A stretch of DNA of 61,939 bases from an uncultured Smithella sp. (GTDB lineage: Bacteria > Desulfobacterota > Syntrophia > Syntrophales > Smithellaceae), in contig CAZYIE010000005.1 of assembly GCA_964646755.1 (NCBI GenBank), forward strand, positions 1-61,939. The letters are read 5' to 3'. Position 1 is the first letter of the stretch. Each line of letters begins with the position of its first letter. A program made the position numbers and the translations under genes. Below, one piece after another: positions 16,764-26,629 of the stretch. Under the pieces are notes generated by a model that was given only the letters and a program-made list of their open reading frames with translations, made no database searches and was not told the origin of the DNA.

Positions 16764-17288
16764 ATGCATATAATAATTGATGGCTACAATTTAATTCGCC
16801 AATCGGATTCCCTGCGCCACCACGAAAAACAAAGCTTGGAAGCAGGCCGCCGGGCTCTAATTAACAAGCTGGCTGAATACAAAAGGAAAAAAGAACATAA
16901 GATTACCGTCGTTTTTGACGGATGGGAGACAGGCTCGGCCAGTGAGGAACGTGACCGGCAGGGTAATATCAACGTCATTTACTCATGCCGCGGCGAAAAA
17001 GCAGATGAGGTGATTAAAAGATTAGCAGATGCCAGTTCGGAAGAAACAATAATAATTTCCTCGGATCGGGAAATTGCTTCTTATGTAACGAGGCACGGTA
17101 AAACCGCACTTTCGTCCAGCGAATTTGAAATGCTGATGCACAAAGCCCTTACTGAATCAGCGATTAGCGACTTTGGCGAAGGGAAAGAAGCTGATGATGA
17201 AAACGATTATCATTCCTCCAAAAAGGGACCGGCAAAAAGATTGCCGCGTGCCCGCAGGCATGCCCAAACAAAAATTAAGAAACTTTAG
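16764..17288 (+). CDS. YacP/Rae1-like NYN-domain ribonuclease
   Basis: IIIDGYNL, VVFDG, ADEVI and SSDRE acidic NYN motifs. Confidence 0.85.
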   Translation: MHIIIDGYNLIRQSDSLRHHEKQSLEAGRRALINKLAEYKRKKEHKITVVFDGWETGSASEERDRQGNINVIYSCRGEKADEVIKRLADASSEETIIISSDREIASYVTRHGKTALSSSEFEMLMHKALTESAISDFGEGKEADDENDYHSSKKGPAKRLPRARRHAQTKIKKL

Positions 17289-18633
17289 TGCAGGCTTTAA
17301 TCAGGAAATTTTCCAGTAACAGCTGCGGATCTCTGGCCGAAGATTTGAACCCGCGATCAATTTCGAGCAAGTCATCGAGATAGCCTATCAGCACCGGATA
17401 AGAGAAACGTCCGCAATTGCGCAGAGCATTAAAAATAACAAAAGGATGCTTGCCCGTCAGAAAATCTTTCGGCAGCTCTTTTGCAGCAGTCAACTCACTC
17501 AATGCGGGATGAATATTCTTCGAAAACCAGCCATATTCCATACTGCTACTGAATTTCGGCAATTTCCCGGAGTTGACTAAAATTTTTGCGTGCAGCAAAA
17601 AACGGATTTCTCTGACGATCATTGTGAGAATCATCAAGTGGTGCAACCCTTGATCCAATAAAGCCTTCAGGGCATGGAGTGCGGCCAGTTGATTTTTTTC
17701 ACTTAAGGCTGTTGTTAAGTCAAAAATCGAATCTTCTCTGGTTTTGCCGACTACCTCCTCGACATCCCCCTCCTCAATCACCGGACGATCACCGACAAAA
17801 AATACCAGCTTTTCCATTTCCATAATTGATCGGCGCAATTCAAATCCTGTTTTCTTCCCCAAACTAACCCAGGCTGCCGGCGACAGCTTTTTTTTATAAC
17901 GCTCGAGTAATTTTTGAATTTGCTTTTGGAGAACTTCTTTTTGTGCTGTTTCTCCCTTAGCCGTGCTAAAATTCAGGACAATTCCCTGCTGGGCTATCAT
18001 CTTGTATATTTTTCTTCTTTTATCGACGGTTTCCGCAGTGAAGATCAAGCAGTTACCAGTGGGCAAGCCATTTTGGAAAATATTTTCCAATCGTTCTATT
18101 TTATCTGTCCCGGATAATTCAGCAAGACCCAAATTTGAGCAAATTTCCAATATTCGGGGAAGCCACTTTTCACGGTCATCGCCTGCATCCCCGGAAATAA
18201 CTTTGCTCCACTGCCCGTCGGAAATACGCTGCCAACCGTTTTGGCGTAAATCTTCCAGAGAAAATCCTGCCAGTTTAAGAAAAGTTAAAAAATATTTCGC
18301 GGCTTTGGATGGATTATCATCAATATTATTACGTATTTTTTGCACCAGATCAGCCAGATTCTCACTGGAATGAAAAATTGTTGTATTGCGAACAACCACA
18401 ACTTTTCTGCCGCCTAAAAGGGAAGGGGTTAAAATGTATTCAATCAGGCTGTCAACATCAGTATTTTCGCCGTCAAGGTAAAACAGACCAAAATCACGGT
18501 CTTGGGGGGGGAGAATTAATTCTAAAATTTGCTGGAGGGTCTCATTAATTAAATATTCTTCTTCGCCGCAAAGAAGATAACAAGGGGCGATAACACCTTT
18601 TTTCAAATCAGCAATAACTTTTTCTAAAGTCAT
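17275..18633 (-). CDS. holA: DNA polymerase III delta subunit (long form)
   Basis: YLLCGEEEYL, PSLLGGRKVVVV, EMEKL and SIFDL motifs; C-terminal 'LLENFL'. Confidence 0.8.
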   Translation of the reverse strand: MTLEKVIADLKKGVIAPCYLLCGEEEYLINETLQQILELILPPQDRDFGLFYLDGENTDVDSLIEYILTPSLLGGRKVVVVRNTTIFHSSENLADLVQKIRNNIDDNPSKAAKYFLTFLKLAGFSLEDLRQNGWQRISDGQWSKVISGDAGDDREKWLPRILEICSNLGLAELSGTDKIERLENIFQNGLPTGNCLIFTAETVDKRRKIYKMIAQQGIVLNFSTAKGETAQKEVLQKQIQKLLERYKKKLSPAAWVSLGKKTGFELRRSIMEMEKLVFFVGDRPVIEEGDVEEVVGKTREDSIFDLTTALSEKNQLAALHALKALLDQGLHHLMILTMIVREIRFLLHAKILVNSGKLPKFSSSMEYGWFSKNIHPALSELTAAKELPKDFLTGKHPFVIFNALRNCGRFSYPVLIGYLDDLLEIDRGFKSSARDPQLLLENFLIKACTKVS

Positions 18634-18702
18634 AAATTTTGGTACTCTCTCACATCAAGCGGGTAAATTTCCCATACCTTGACGGAATACCCGACTTTTC
18701 TT

Positions 18703-18740
18703 CTCTCCTCCCTCGACGGGAGGGGATTGAGGGGAGGGTG
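18703..18740. repeat. CCTCCC-N5-GGGAGGGG...GGGGAGGGTG type small palindromic element between holA and the LOG gene
   Basis: CCTCCC/GGGAGG stem (18707-18723) with a purine-rich tail; a widespread intergenic repeat type, recognised from memory. Confidence 0.55.
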
Positions 18741-18776
18741 AGACAACCTGCTGCCTTTTAGGAGATCGTCATTCTA

Positions 18777-19430
18777 TTAAACTATAACATACTTTTTAAT
18801 GTGATTAACGGCTTCTTCAGGATTATCAAAAACCTGTAGAAGATCGAGATCAGCCGGAGAAATTTTCCCCTCCGCCAGCATGGTGTTTCTCAGCCAATTC
18901 AAAAGTCCCTGCCAATACTCTCTGCCCAGAAGTACTACCGGAAAACTTTTAATTCTCCTGGTTTGAATTAATGTCCAAGCTTCAAATAATTCATCCATAG
19001 TACCAAATCCGCCCGGCAGAATGACATAAGCTACCGCATATTTAACGAACATTACTTTGCGGATAAAAAAATATTTATAATCAAGATGAACATTGGCATA
19101 GGGATTCGGTTTTTGCTCAAAAGGCAGGCGGATATTCATCCCCACCGATTTGCCGCCGCCTTCACTTGCGCCCTTATTTGCCGCCTCCATAATTCCCGGG
19201 CCACCACCGGTAATAACATTAAATCCATTTTGGGCTAAAAGGAGACCTAAATTTTCAGCTTTTCGATAATATTCGTCTTCCGGCTTAACCCGGGCAGAAC
19301 CAAAAATAGAAACGGCATTATGTATATTGGACAGCGTTTCAAAGGCATCAACAAATTCCGCCATAATGCGAAACATGCGCCAGGATTCTTCAATGGAAAG
19401 CGCATCAACTACATATTGTTTTTCGTCCAT
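18777..19430 (-). CDS. LOG-family (TIGR00730-like) nucleotide phosphoribohydrolase
   Basis: FGSAR, TGGGPGIMEAANKGA, FFIRK and PGGFGTMDE motifs. Confidence 0.92.
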   Translation of the reverse strand: MDEKQYVVDALSIEESWRMFRIMAEFVDAFETLSNIHNAVSIFGSARVKPEDEYYRKAENLGLLLAQNGFNVITGGGPGIMEAANKGASEGGGKSVGMNIRLPFEQKPNPYANVHLDYKYFFIRKVMFVKYAVAYVILPGGFGTMDELFEAWTLIQTRRIKSFPVVLLGREYWQGLLNWLRNTMLAEGKISPADLDLLQVFDNPEEAVNHIKKYVIV

Positions 19431-19489
19431 GCGGCAAATACCCCCTGGAATAAAGGCATGCTAAATAATTGGCGGATGCTGTATGACGC

Positions 19490-19681
19490 TTAGTTACTAC
19501 GGCGTCTTTGTACCTTAGCGAGTCTGCGGCGCGCTTCAATTGTTTTTCTCTTTTTCTTAACAGATGGTTTTTCATAAGCGCGGCGAACTTTCAGTTCTTT
19601 AAATAAGCCGCTTTTCGAGAGTTTGTTTTTCAAAATTTTTAGAGCTTTTTCTACGTCATTATCAATTACTTTTACTTCCAA
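19490..19681 (-). CDS. rpsU: 30S ribosomal protein S21
   Basis: ELKVRRAYEKPSVKKKRK motif; GGAGG RBS; TTG start. Confidence 0.93.
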   Translation of the reverse strand: MEVKVIDNDVEKALKILKNKLSKSGLFKELKVRRAYEKPSVKKKRKTIEARRRLAKVQRRRSN

Positions 19682-19833
19682 TGTAATTCCTCCTAATTAT
19701 TATAATTTATGATCATTATTTTTGGAAACCACAGGTATAATACCCTCCGCTTTGCGGGATTGTTCAACTTACCAATTTTTACTCGTGACCTATAGGTTAT
19801 ACACTGCGTTATAGAAATTGGAGTTTCACAAAC

Positions 19834-19883
19834 AAAAAAAGGGCAGTACGGCGCAGTGCAAATCACTTGCCGTAAACTACCCT
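19834..19883 (-). terminator. Intrinsic terminator about 180 nt downstream of hisC
   Basis: Minus strand AGGGTAG..TACGGC.AGTG loop CACT..GCCGTA.CTGCCCT followed by a T run. Confidence 0.75.
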
Positions 19884-20061
19884 GAAGATTTTCAATTAGT
19901 TCTTAATCACGCTCCTTACTTAGGGGCCGTTATGAAGTAACCATCATGCTGGTATTTGTGGCCTTCAGGTTATGGCAATCCCCTTATATTTCAACTATTA
20001 CGTTACGGCCCCTTATGCCGGTTACGCTATTACAATGTTACAGCTGCTGTCGAACAACGGC

Positions 20062-21120
20062 TTAAGAAATCACACTTTTCAACGCTTTTAAGAAAGCAGT
20101 GTTTTCTTTACTATTTCCTACCGTAACCCGAATGCAGTCGGGCAATAGAGTAGAATTTAAGTTTTTAACTATGATGCCTTTTTCTACGAGTCGTTTGTAT
20201 ATGCGATCTGAATCAAAAGCGCAACTAAAAAAAATAAAATTTGCCCGGGATGGAAAAGGCCGAATTCCGTCAATATTTTGCAATCCCCGATAAAGTTCTT
20301 CGCGCCTCTTGACAATTTCCGCGACAATACCTGCAAATTCTTTCGCATAATCAAGAAAAAAACCAGCGGCAACCTGGGAAAGCGCATTAACATTATAAGG
20401 TAATCTGACCTTGTCCATTTGAGCAATCAAATCAGCGTTTCCGATCAAAAAACCAAGCCGCATTGCCGCCAAACCCACCTTAGAAAGCGTTTTTAAAATG
20501 ACCAAATTATCGTATTTTTTTAAGAGCGGCAGCAAAGTTTGCCCGGCGAAGCCGGCATACGCCTCATCTACCACAACGATTCCGGATGATTTTTTCAGAA
20601 TTGCCTCTATTTTGTCTCTATCAAAGCAATTACCGGTAGGGCTATTAGGATAAGCCAGATAAACAATTGCCGGAGAATTAGGCTTAATTTTACTCATCAT
20701 GGCATCCAGATCCAGATCATAATTATCATCCAGAGGCACTTCGACAACTTTATTGCCGGTATTGATACCGATAATTTTGTACATAACAAAAGTGGGAACA
20801 GGAACCAGTACTCCATTGATTTTGCCATTGAGAGTCATACAGATAACTTGAATCAGTTCGTCAGATCCGTTACCCAGCATAATCATATCTTTATTCACGC
20901 CATAATAGCGGGCAAATCTCTCTCGCAACCCAAGAGCACCGGCTTCGGGATAGCGATTTAGCTCAACTTTACTAAACGCCTCCAGAAGTTTCTTTTGTAA
21001 AGGTTGCGAAAAGCCAAAAGGGCTTTCGTTGGCATCCAGCTTTACATAACCATCTAATTCCGGAGCCAAATAGCCTTTTTGCTTGAATATTTCCTTATTC
21101 ACCAAATCTTGCAGTTTCAT
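20062..21120 (-). CDS. hisC: Histidinol-phosphate aminotransferase
   Basis: KLDANESP, NRYP, GNGSDELI, YPNSPTG, DEAY and KTLSK (PLP Lys) motifs. Confidence 0.93.
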   Translation of the reverse strand: MKLQDLVNKEIFKQKGYLAPELDGYVKLDANESPFGFSQPLQKKLLEAFSKVELNRYPEAGALGLRERFARYYGVNKDMIMLGNGSDELIQVICMTLNGKINGVLVPVPTFVMYKIIGINTGNKVVEVPLDDNYDLDLDAMMSKIKPNSPAIVYLAYPNSPTGNCFDRDKIEAILKKSSGIVVVDEAYAGFAGQTLLPLLKKYDNLVILKTLSKVGLAAMRLGFLIGNADLIAQMDKVRLPYNVNALSQVAAGFFLDYAKEFAGIVAEIVKRREELYRGLQNIDGIRPFPSRANFIFFSCAFDSDRIYKRLVEKGIIVKNLNSTLLPDCIRVTVGNSKENTAFLKALKSVIS

Positions 21121-21126
21121 TTATTT

Positions 21127-21957
21127 TCAATTCCCAATTTTAAAAAGTTCTTTATTCCTACCCATGTTCCATCTTAAATCTGCATATTTTGTTATTAATT
21201 TTTTCACCAGTTCTTCTTCTGCTGATGTCAATGTTGCCTCCATGAGTTCCCTGCCCAGCATCGCCGTGAAACCTTTTTTCAAACCAGCACAAATTTCCTG
21301 ATAGTCAATCGGCCGGGCAATCTCTTCATTAATTGCCGCAACAGAATCTTTCAGCTGCTGCAATTGCAAATCAGTCCGTATTGGCAATAAAAATGATGCC
21401 GTCTGAGCCGGATCAAAACCTGTCAATATTGAACCATGCTGCAGGAAACCACTACCGGATCTCATTTGAGCGCTCCCACAAATTTTACGTCCGGAAACAA
21501 GAAGTTCATTTCTCGATGGTATGGAAAAACAACATGCACTAAAATCATTATCCTGTAAAGTGCGGCCGGTTTCCGCCAGAGACGCCTCTATTCCCAGACA
21601 GGCCAACCCGCGAGCGATACAATTGCTTATTACTTTATATGTTCCTGAAATATCAGGGGGGAATAATTCTTCAGTATTGCAGGCTATTACGGAATAGGTA
21701 ATTTCCGCGCAATGAAAAACGGCCTTCCCCCCGCTCGGCCTGCGGACAATATCAACCCCGGCCATACGACATTTTTCAACATTAACTTCTTTTTTTATAT
21801 CCTGAAAATAACCGATAGAGACAGCCGCCGGTTGCCATCCGTAAAATCTGATCGTGGGAGATTGTTTATTTTTTATTGTTTCGCGCAAAATGGCTTCGTC
21901 AATAGCCATATTTTCAAACGCATTATACCGTTGAAAGTCTAAAACCCTCCAGGCCAT
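21127..21957 (-). CDS. Lipoate-protein ligase family, LipM-like octanoyltransferase
   Basis: NMAIDEA, RRPSGGKAVFH, ACCFSIPS (LipM-type Cys) and KICGSAQ motifs; adjacent to gcvH. Confidence 0.82.
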   Translation of the reverse strand: MAWRVLDFQRYNAFENMAIDEAILRETIKNKQSPTIRFYGWQPAAVSIGYFQDIKKEVNVEKCRMAGVDIVRRPSGGKAVFHCAEITYSVIACNTEELFPPDISGTYKVISNCIARGLACLGIEASLAETGRTLQDNDFSACCFSIPSRNELLVSGRKICGSAQMRSGSGFLQHGSILTGFDPAQTASFLLPIRTDLQLQQLKDSVAAINEEIARPIDYQEICAGLKKGFTAMLGRELMEATLTSAEEELVKKLITKYADLRWNMGRNKELFKIGN

Positions 21958-21965
21958 AACGGGAC

Positions 21966-22364
21966 TCAGTCCGTCTCTTCCTCTTGCATTATAAAATCCT
22001 GGTATCCTGTTGAATCAAGCAAGTCGTCCAGTTGTCCCAAGTCATCCATTTCAATTACCACAAGCCAGCCAATATCATGCGGGTCACTGTTTATTATACC
22101 AATGTCATCGTTAATATCTTCATTAACGCTGACAATAGTTCCACTGACCGGAGAAACTAAATCGATGACAGCTTTGGTAGATTCAACAGAACCAAATGTT
22201 TCGTCACGTTCAACGTACACATCAATTTCCGGAAATTCAACCGACAGGATTTCTCCCAAACGTTCCTGAGCATAATCCGTAATCCCCAAGGTAGCCATAT
22301 CTCCGTCAATCCGCACCCAGATATGCTCACGGCTGTAAAGGAGATCTTCTGGAAATATTTTCAT
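21966..22364 (-). CDS. gcvH: Glycine cleavage H-like lipoyl carrier protein
   Basis: YSREHIWV, GITDYAQ, VESTKA (lipoyl Lys), SPVSG and INSDP motifs. Confidence 0.92.
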   Translation of the reverse strand: MKIFPEDLLYSREHIWVRIDGDMATLGITDYAQERLGEILSVEFPEIDVYVERDETFGSVESTKAVIDLVSPVSGTIVSVNEDINDDIGIINSDPHDIGWLVVIEMDDLGQLDDLLDSTGYQDFIMQEEETD

Positions 22365-22383
22365 AACAGGATAACCTCTGCTT

Positions 22384-23469
22384 TTATTCGATAATGATGA
22401 GTTCTTTATCCATTTTTGTCAACTTTTCGCAACTATTTTTTTTCACTAAAATTGTATCCTCAATCCGGATACCCCAGCGCCCCGGCAAATAAAGCCCCGG
22501 CTCAACCGTAACGACCATTTGTGCTTCCAGAATATCTAAAGAAGCAGGAGCAAGGCGCGGAGCTTCATGAACTTCTAAACCGACACCATGACCGGTTCCG
22601 TGGGAAAAATACTTTTCATAATTTTCTCCAAAAACATCTCTTGCACAACGGTCAATTTCAGCGGCGGCAATGCCTGCTCGAACGACAGAGATTGCCTGAT
22701 CATGAGCCTTTTTGACTAGCGAATAAACATTCTTTTGTTCATCTGTCAACTCCTGAAAAACAAAAGTACAAGTTTCATCAGAACAATAACCCTTATATTT
22801 AACACCGAAATCAATAACGATAAAATCTCCGCGCTTGATTTTCCTGTCGGTGGGCCCTGCATCAGGCAAAGCTGAATTTTCTCCGGAAGCTACAATTGTC
22901 TCAAAGGCAAGTTGATCTGCACCACGCTGCCTAGCAATTATCTCCAGTTGCAGGGCGATATCTTTTTCAGAAAAACCGGCCTTAATTTCCGGGATCAAAG
23001 CGGAAATTGCCGCAGATGAAATTTCTGCCGCCTTTTTCATTAAGACAATTTCTGCTTCGTCCTTATAGGCCCGGAACAATTTTAACTCATTGCCCATTGG
23101 CACTAAAACTTGATCCGGCAATTCCCGGATCAATTGATTATAAAGTTGCACGACAATTGACCCTGCTTCAAAACCAATATATTTCAGCGCTAATTGTTGG
23201 ACATTCTGAACAATTGCCTTAATCTTGTCTTTGTATTCAACTATTTCTGCGTCCGCTACCTCTAATTTTGCCTGTGTTATATAGCGGCCATCAACAAGCA
23301 ATAAGGTTCTACTTTCACCAATAATCAGAACACCATCACTGCCGGTAAACCCAGACAGATAACGGATGTTATTCATATTAAAAAATATCAGGCCGTCAAT
23401 TTTACAAGCGGAAAACTTCTGACGCAGAAGGGATCTTCTTGCCGGCAATATATTATTATCAGATTGCAT
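22384..23469 (-). CDS. Xaa-Pro aminopeptidase/dipeptidase (M24B)
   Basis: YLSGFTGS, DFG...SDET, HGTGHGVGLEVHE and EPG...GIRIED motifs. Confidence 0.9.
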   Translation of the reverse strand: MQSDNNILPARRSLLRQKFSACKIDGLIFFNMNNIRYLSGFTGSDGVLIIGESRTLLLVDGRYITQAKLEVADAEIVEYKDKIKAIVQNVQQLALKYIGFEAGSIVVQLYNQLIRELPDQVLVPMGNELKLFRAYKDEAEIVLMKKAAEISSAAISALIPEIKAGFSEKDIALQLEIIARQRGADQLAFETIVASGENSALPDAGPTDRKIKRGDFIVIDFGVKYKGYCSDETCTFVFQELTDEQKNVYSLVKKAHDQAISVVRAGIAAAEIDRCARDVFGENYEKYFSHGTGHGVGLEVHEAPRLAPASLDILEAQMVVTVEPGLYLPGRWGIRIEDTILVKKNSCEKLTKMDKELIIIE

Positions 23470-24145
23470 GCTTCTTTAACCCGTTAATGTTTGAAAGCCA
23501 GGAGGACAAAGTTTTTATCAGATTATTTGTTGATGCAACAGTGTCGCCGGAAGATGATTTTAGAGCAAGGGCCGCTTTCACTGTATCGAGTTTTACCCGG
23601 ACTGGTACATTGGTCGGCTCTCTTTTGACTATTTCCTTAAGGATATCGAGGGCCATCTTCGAATGGCCCTGCTTGATATAGAGATCAGCCAAAGTTAGAG
23701 TATAAAATTCCGGCCCGGGACTATCGGTGGCAGTTGCTTCATCAACTTCATCGGCAAGAGGCTCTGTGTTTTTAAGCAGGGCAATTTTTTCGGCGACTTC
23801 CGGGGAATTTTCCGCAAGAGGATTGAGGGAAAGAAATTTCTGATAGCACAAAACTGCATCCTGATTACATCCCTTTTCCCTATAGGTATCAGCAGCCCGT
23901 AAATAAACAAATGCTAATCTGGCAATATCTTTTTCTAACTCTTGCAAAATATCGCGGGATTCTTCAATCCTGCCCATTGCAATCAGCACAAGATTGGCAA
24001 AAGCCCGGGCATCAATATCCGACGCCAATCGAGATAGCCTTTCTTCGGCCATGCTGAGCGCTTCCGAAAGCTTTTTATCTCGCAAAAACGTTTCCATCTG
24101 ACTAACAAAAACCAGACGTTCTTCATCGATTTGATTATTTTCCAT
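23459..24145 (-). CDS. TPR-containing protein
   Basis: TPR-like helices; C-terminal TLTLADLYIKQG motif; coupled to neighbouring genes. Confidence 0.65.
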   Translation of the reverse strand: MENNQIDEERLVFVSQMETFLRDKKLSEALSMAEERLSRLASDIDARAFANLVLIAMGRIEESRDILQELEKDIARLAFVYLRAADTYREKGCNQDAVLCYQKFLSLNPLAENSPEVAEKIALLKNTEPLADEVDEATATDSPGPEFYTLTLADLYIKQGHSKMALDILKEIVKREPTNVPVRVKLDTVKAALALKSSSGDTVASTNNLIKTLSSWLSNINGLKKHAI

Positions 24146-24155
24146 GCATCCAGCT

Positions 24156-24926
24156 TTATTTCGTAACGGCTCCTAAATAGCTTTTAGCTTTTTGACCATA
24201 AGAAGACTGAGGTGATAGCTTAATCACTGCCTGGAATGCTTTTCTGGCATTTTCCGTATCTCTAATTCTTAGATAGCATTCACCCAGCAGAAATGAAGCA
24301 TCATAAAGCGAAGAATTTAATTCCACTGCTTTTTTCAAATGCCCGATAGCCTCGGAAATATTATTTTGATCAAGATACACAAGACCGATATTTTTTTCAA
24401 TTTGCGGCCGCAAGTTAGTCATCGGCTCTCGCTGTAGAGCCTGCTGATATTTGATCAGCGCAGTCTTGTTATCTTTTTTAGAATAATAAGCCCAGCCGGC
24501 ATTATAAAGCGCCATTGCCGGTGTATCATATATCGGATTGGCCAGGGCCCGATCAAATTCCTCTATGGCCTGATCCCAAAGTTCCATATCCGAATATAGT
24601 GTACCTAGGTAATTATGAGCTTCGGAATAGTCTTCCTGAAGAGAGATTGCTTCCTTAAATTCTGCGACGGCCTTGTCTCTCATTCCTTTGCCGTGATAAG
24701 CCATTCCCAGGAAATAATGAATTTTATGATCATAAGGAGAATATTTTTCAGCTTCGAGCAATTCTTTGGCGGCATTATTGAACTGCCCCATTTCAATATA
24801 GGATATTCCTTTTTTTAAAAACATCTCGGCCTGTTCTCGATGCCAGGGAGTATTGGTGCATGCGCCAAGTTGCACTATCAGGAACAAAAGAGGAATAACT
24901 ATGATTTTAGATAAGGGTAGTTTCAT
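24156..24926 (-). CDS. PilF/PilW-like TPR lipoprotein (secretin pilotin candidate)
   Basis: LGAC lipobox; multiple TPRs; NPIYDTPAMALYNAG motif; directly after pilQ. Confidence 0.75.
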   Translation of the reverse strand: MKLPLSKIIVIPLLFLIVQLGACTNTPWHREQAEMFLKKGISYIEMGQFNNAAKELLEAEKYSPYDHKIHYFLGMAYHGKGMRDKAVAEFKEAISLQEDYSEAHNYLGTLYSDMELWDQAIEEFDRALANPIYDTPAMALYNAGWAYYSKKDNKTALIKYQQALQREPMTNLRPQIEKNIGLVYLDQNNISEAIGHLKKAVELNSSLYDASFLLGECYLRIRDTENARKAFQAVIKLSPQSSYGQKAKSYLGAVTK

Positions 24927-26629
24927 TAATTTATGTTTTTTTCCGCACTCTCAGTAAAACCGGAACCCTGCAATATCTTCGGGGTGACAAAAATCAAAAG
25001 CTGTCTTTTTTGCTTGCTGGTGCTGTCGGATTTAAACAACCAGCCTAAAACAGGAATCTTCTGGAGCCAGGGAAGACCGCTGACAATCTTATCATCCTGC
25101 GTTTTTAATATACCACCGATTACAACTGTATCGCCGTCTTTAATTACCACCGTGGAATCCACTTCGTTCTTGCGAATGGGTGGATTCCCCTGAAGCGTGG
25201 CTGCCAGTGCATAATTGGGAACGTCATTGGAAGCTTTTATGGACATCGAAATTTTCCCTTCATCGGTAATTTTGGGTGTCACTTCCAATTTCAACAAGGC
25301 TTCTTTAAAAGTAACGGTCGGAGGAGTAGTACCGGTTCCCGGAGTTACATAAGGAACATCGTCACCTTGTTTAATTGTGGCTTTAATACCTTCCATTGTC
25401 ACTATTTTGGGGGCGGAAATAATCTTACCCGATGTTGTCGATTCCAGGGCAGCCAGCTGAACTTCGAGAAAAGCAGCCGCACCACCAAAGACAACTCCCA
25501 GTGTCGGTGAGGCCGTGGTCAATGTTGAAGCGGGGAAATTAACTGCAGCCATTTGTATTGGCGTGGTAAATCCGGAGGTAATCTGGGCAGGATAAGCTTG
25601 CGCGTTTGTCCTTGTAGCTAAAGTATTGGAACCACCGGTAAGACCGAGCCCATAGTCGCCTCCCTGAACCGCTTGCTTACTTCCAAAGCCCCATTGTACG
25701 CCAAGGTTCCGGACAAAGTCCTCAGTCGCTTCGACAATTTTTGCTTCAATTAAAATCTGCTTTAACAGACCTTTGTCTGCCGCAAGTTTCTGATCTCTGG
25801 CCTTACGTTCGTCTTCCGCCTTAGTTTGAGCCGCATCGGCTGTCGCTCTGTCCGCTTCATCTTTTTTCTTTTTATCCAAGGTCATGACACTGATGATGTT
25901 ACCATTTGTTTTCTTCGCTAAACCGTTTATCTCTAGTACCGTCTCCAAGGCCTGCTCCCAAGGAACATTCTTCATCGTCAAGGTAACATTTCCTTTTACA
26001 TCTTCACTGGGAACTATATTAACCCCAGCCTCTTCCGCTAGGAGTCGTAAGACGTCTTTTATTTCCGCACTTTGAACATCGATAGACATTAACCTGTTTG
26101 TTTTCTTAGCGGCTTCGGAACTGGCTTTTGCAGTTTCATTTTTCTTCGCCGTTAGAGAGGCCGTTGTTTCCTTTTCCGGTAAAGCAGAGACATTAAAATC
26201 AATATAAATAATTTTACCTTCCTGTTTTACAGCATAAGGAACTGATTCTTTTATATTAACAGTTAAATAGGCCCATTGTTTGCCCTCTCGTGATTGTTGT
26301 ACCGGTGTTACCCGGGCAATATTGCTTAAGGCATTTTCCCCAAAACTACGGCGCAAATTTTCCGGCACAAACATATCTTCCAATTTAACAAGCAAGCTGC
26401 CATCGGTTTGACTTTCCATACTAACAGTTGGCTGTTGAGATACAACAAGCGCAATTCTTTCTTTACCCGGCAATTTTTCCAATAAAACATTTTCCAGATA
26501 CCCTGTCTCCGCAACTACGGCCTTTGCCTTACCTTGATCGGCGGCATGAGCTACTGTAAACGGAACACAGACAAACACCCATAAAGCTATTATAAGAGCA
26601 ACAAATATGTTGGAGAAATATTTTTTCAT
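24926..26629 (-). CDS. pilQ: Type IV pilus secretin PilQ (compact form)
   Basis: Signal peptide; N0 domain (VTLTMKNVPWEQAL); QILIEAKIVE; EVTPKI; GLPWLQKIPVLGWLFK secretin motifs. Confidence 0.9.
   Translation of the reverse strand: MKKYFSNIFVALIIALWVFVCVPFTVAHAADQGKAKAVVAETGYLENVLLEKLPGKERIALVVSQQPTVSMESQTDGSLLVKLEDMFVPENLRRSFGENALSNIARVTPVQQSREGKQWAYLTVNIKESVPYAVKQEGKIIYIDFNVSALPEKETTASLTAKKNETAKASSEAAKKTNRLMSIDVQSAEIKDVLRLLAEEAGVNIVPSEDVKGNVTLTMKNVPWEQALETVLEINGLAKKTNGNIISVMTLDKKKKDEADRATADAAQTKAEDERKARDQKLAADKGLLKQILIEAKIVEATEDFVRNLGVQWGFGSKQAVQGGDYGLGLTGGSNTLATRTNAQAYPAQITSGFTTPIQMAAVNFPASTLTTASPTLGVVFGGAAAFLEVQLAALESTTSGKIISAPKIVTMEGIKATIKQGDDVPYVTPGTGTTPPTVTFKEALLKLEVTPKITDEGKISMSIKASNDVPNYALAATLQGNPPIRKNEVDSTVVIKDGDTVVIGGILKTQDDKIVSGLPWLQKIPVLGWLFKSDSTSKQKRQLLIFVTPKILQGSGFTESAEKNIN

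Noticed and set aside
19900-20020. tmRNA, 6S RNA or fluoride riboswitch assignment for the hisC-rpsU spacer
   Set aside because: A GGGGC start is present but there is no tRNA-like 3' end, 6S central bubble geometry or GATGG riboswitch core; left as unassigned.
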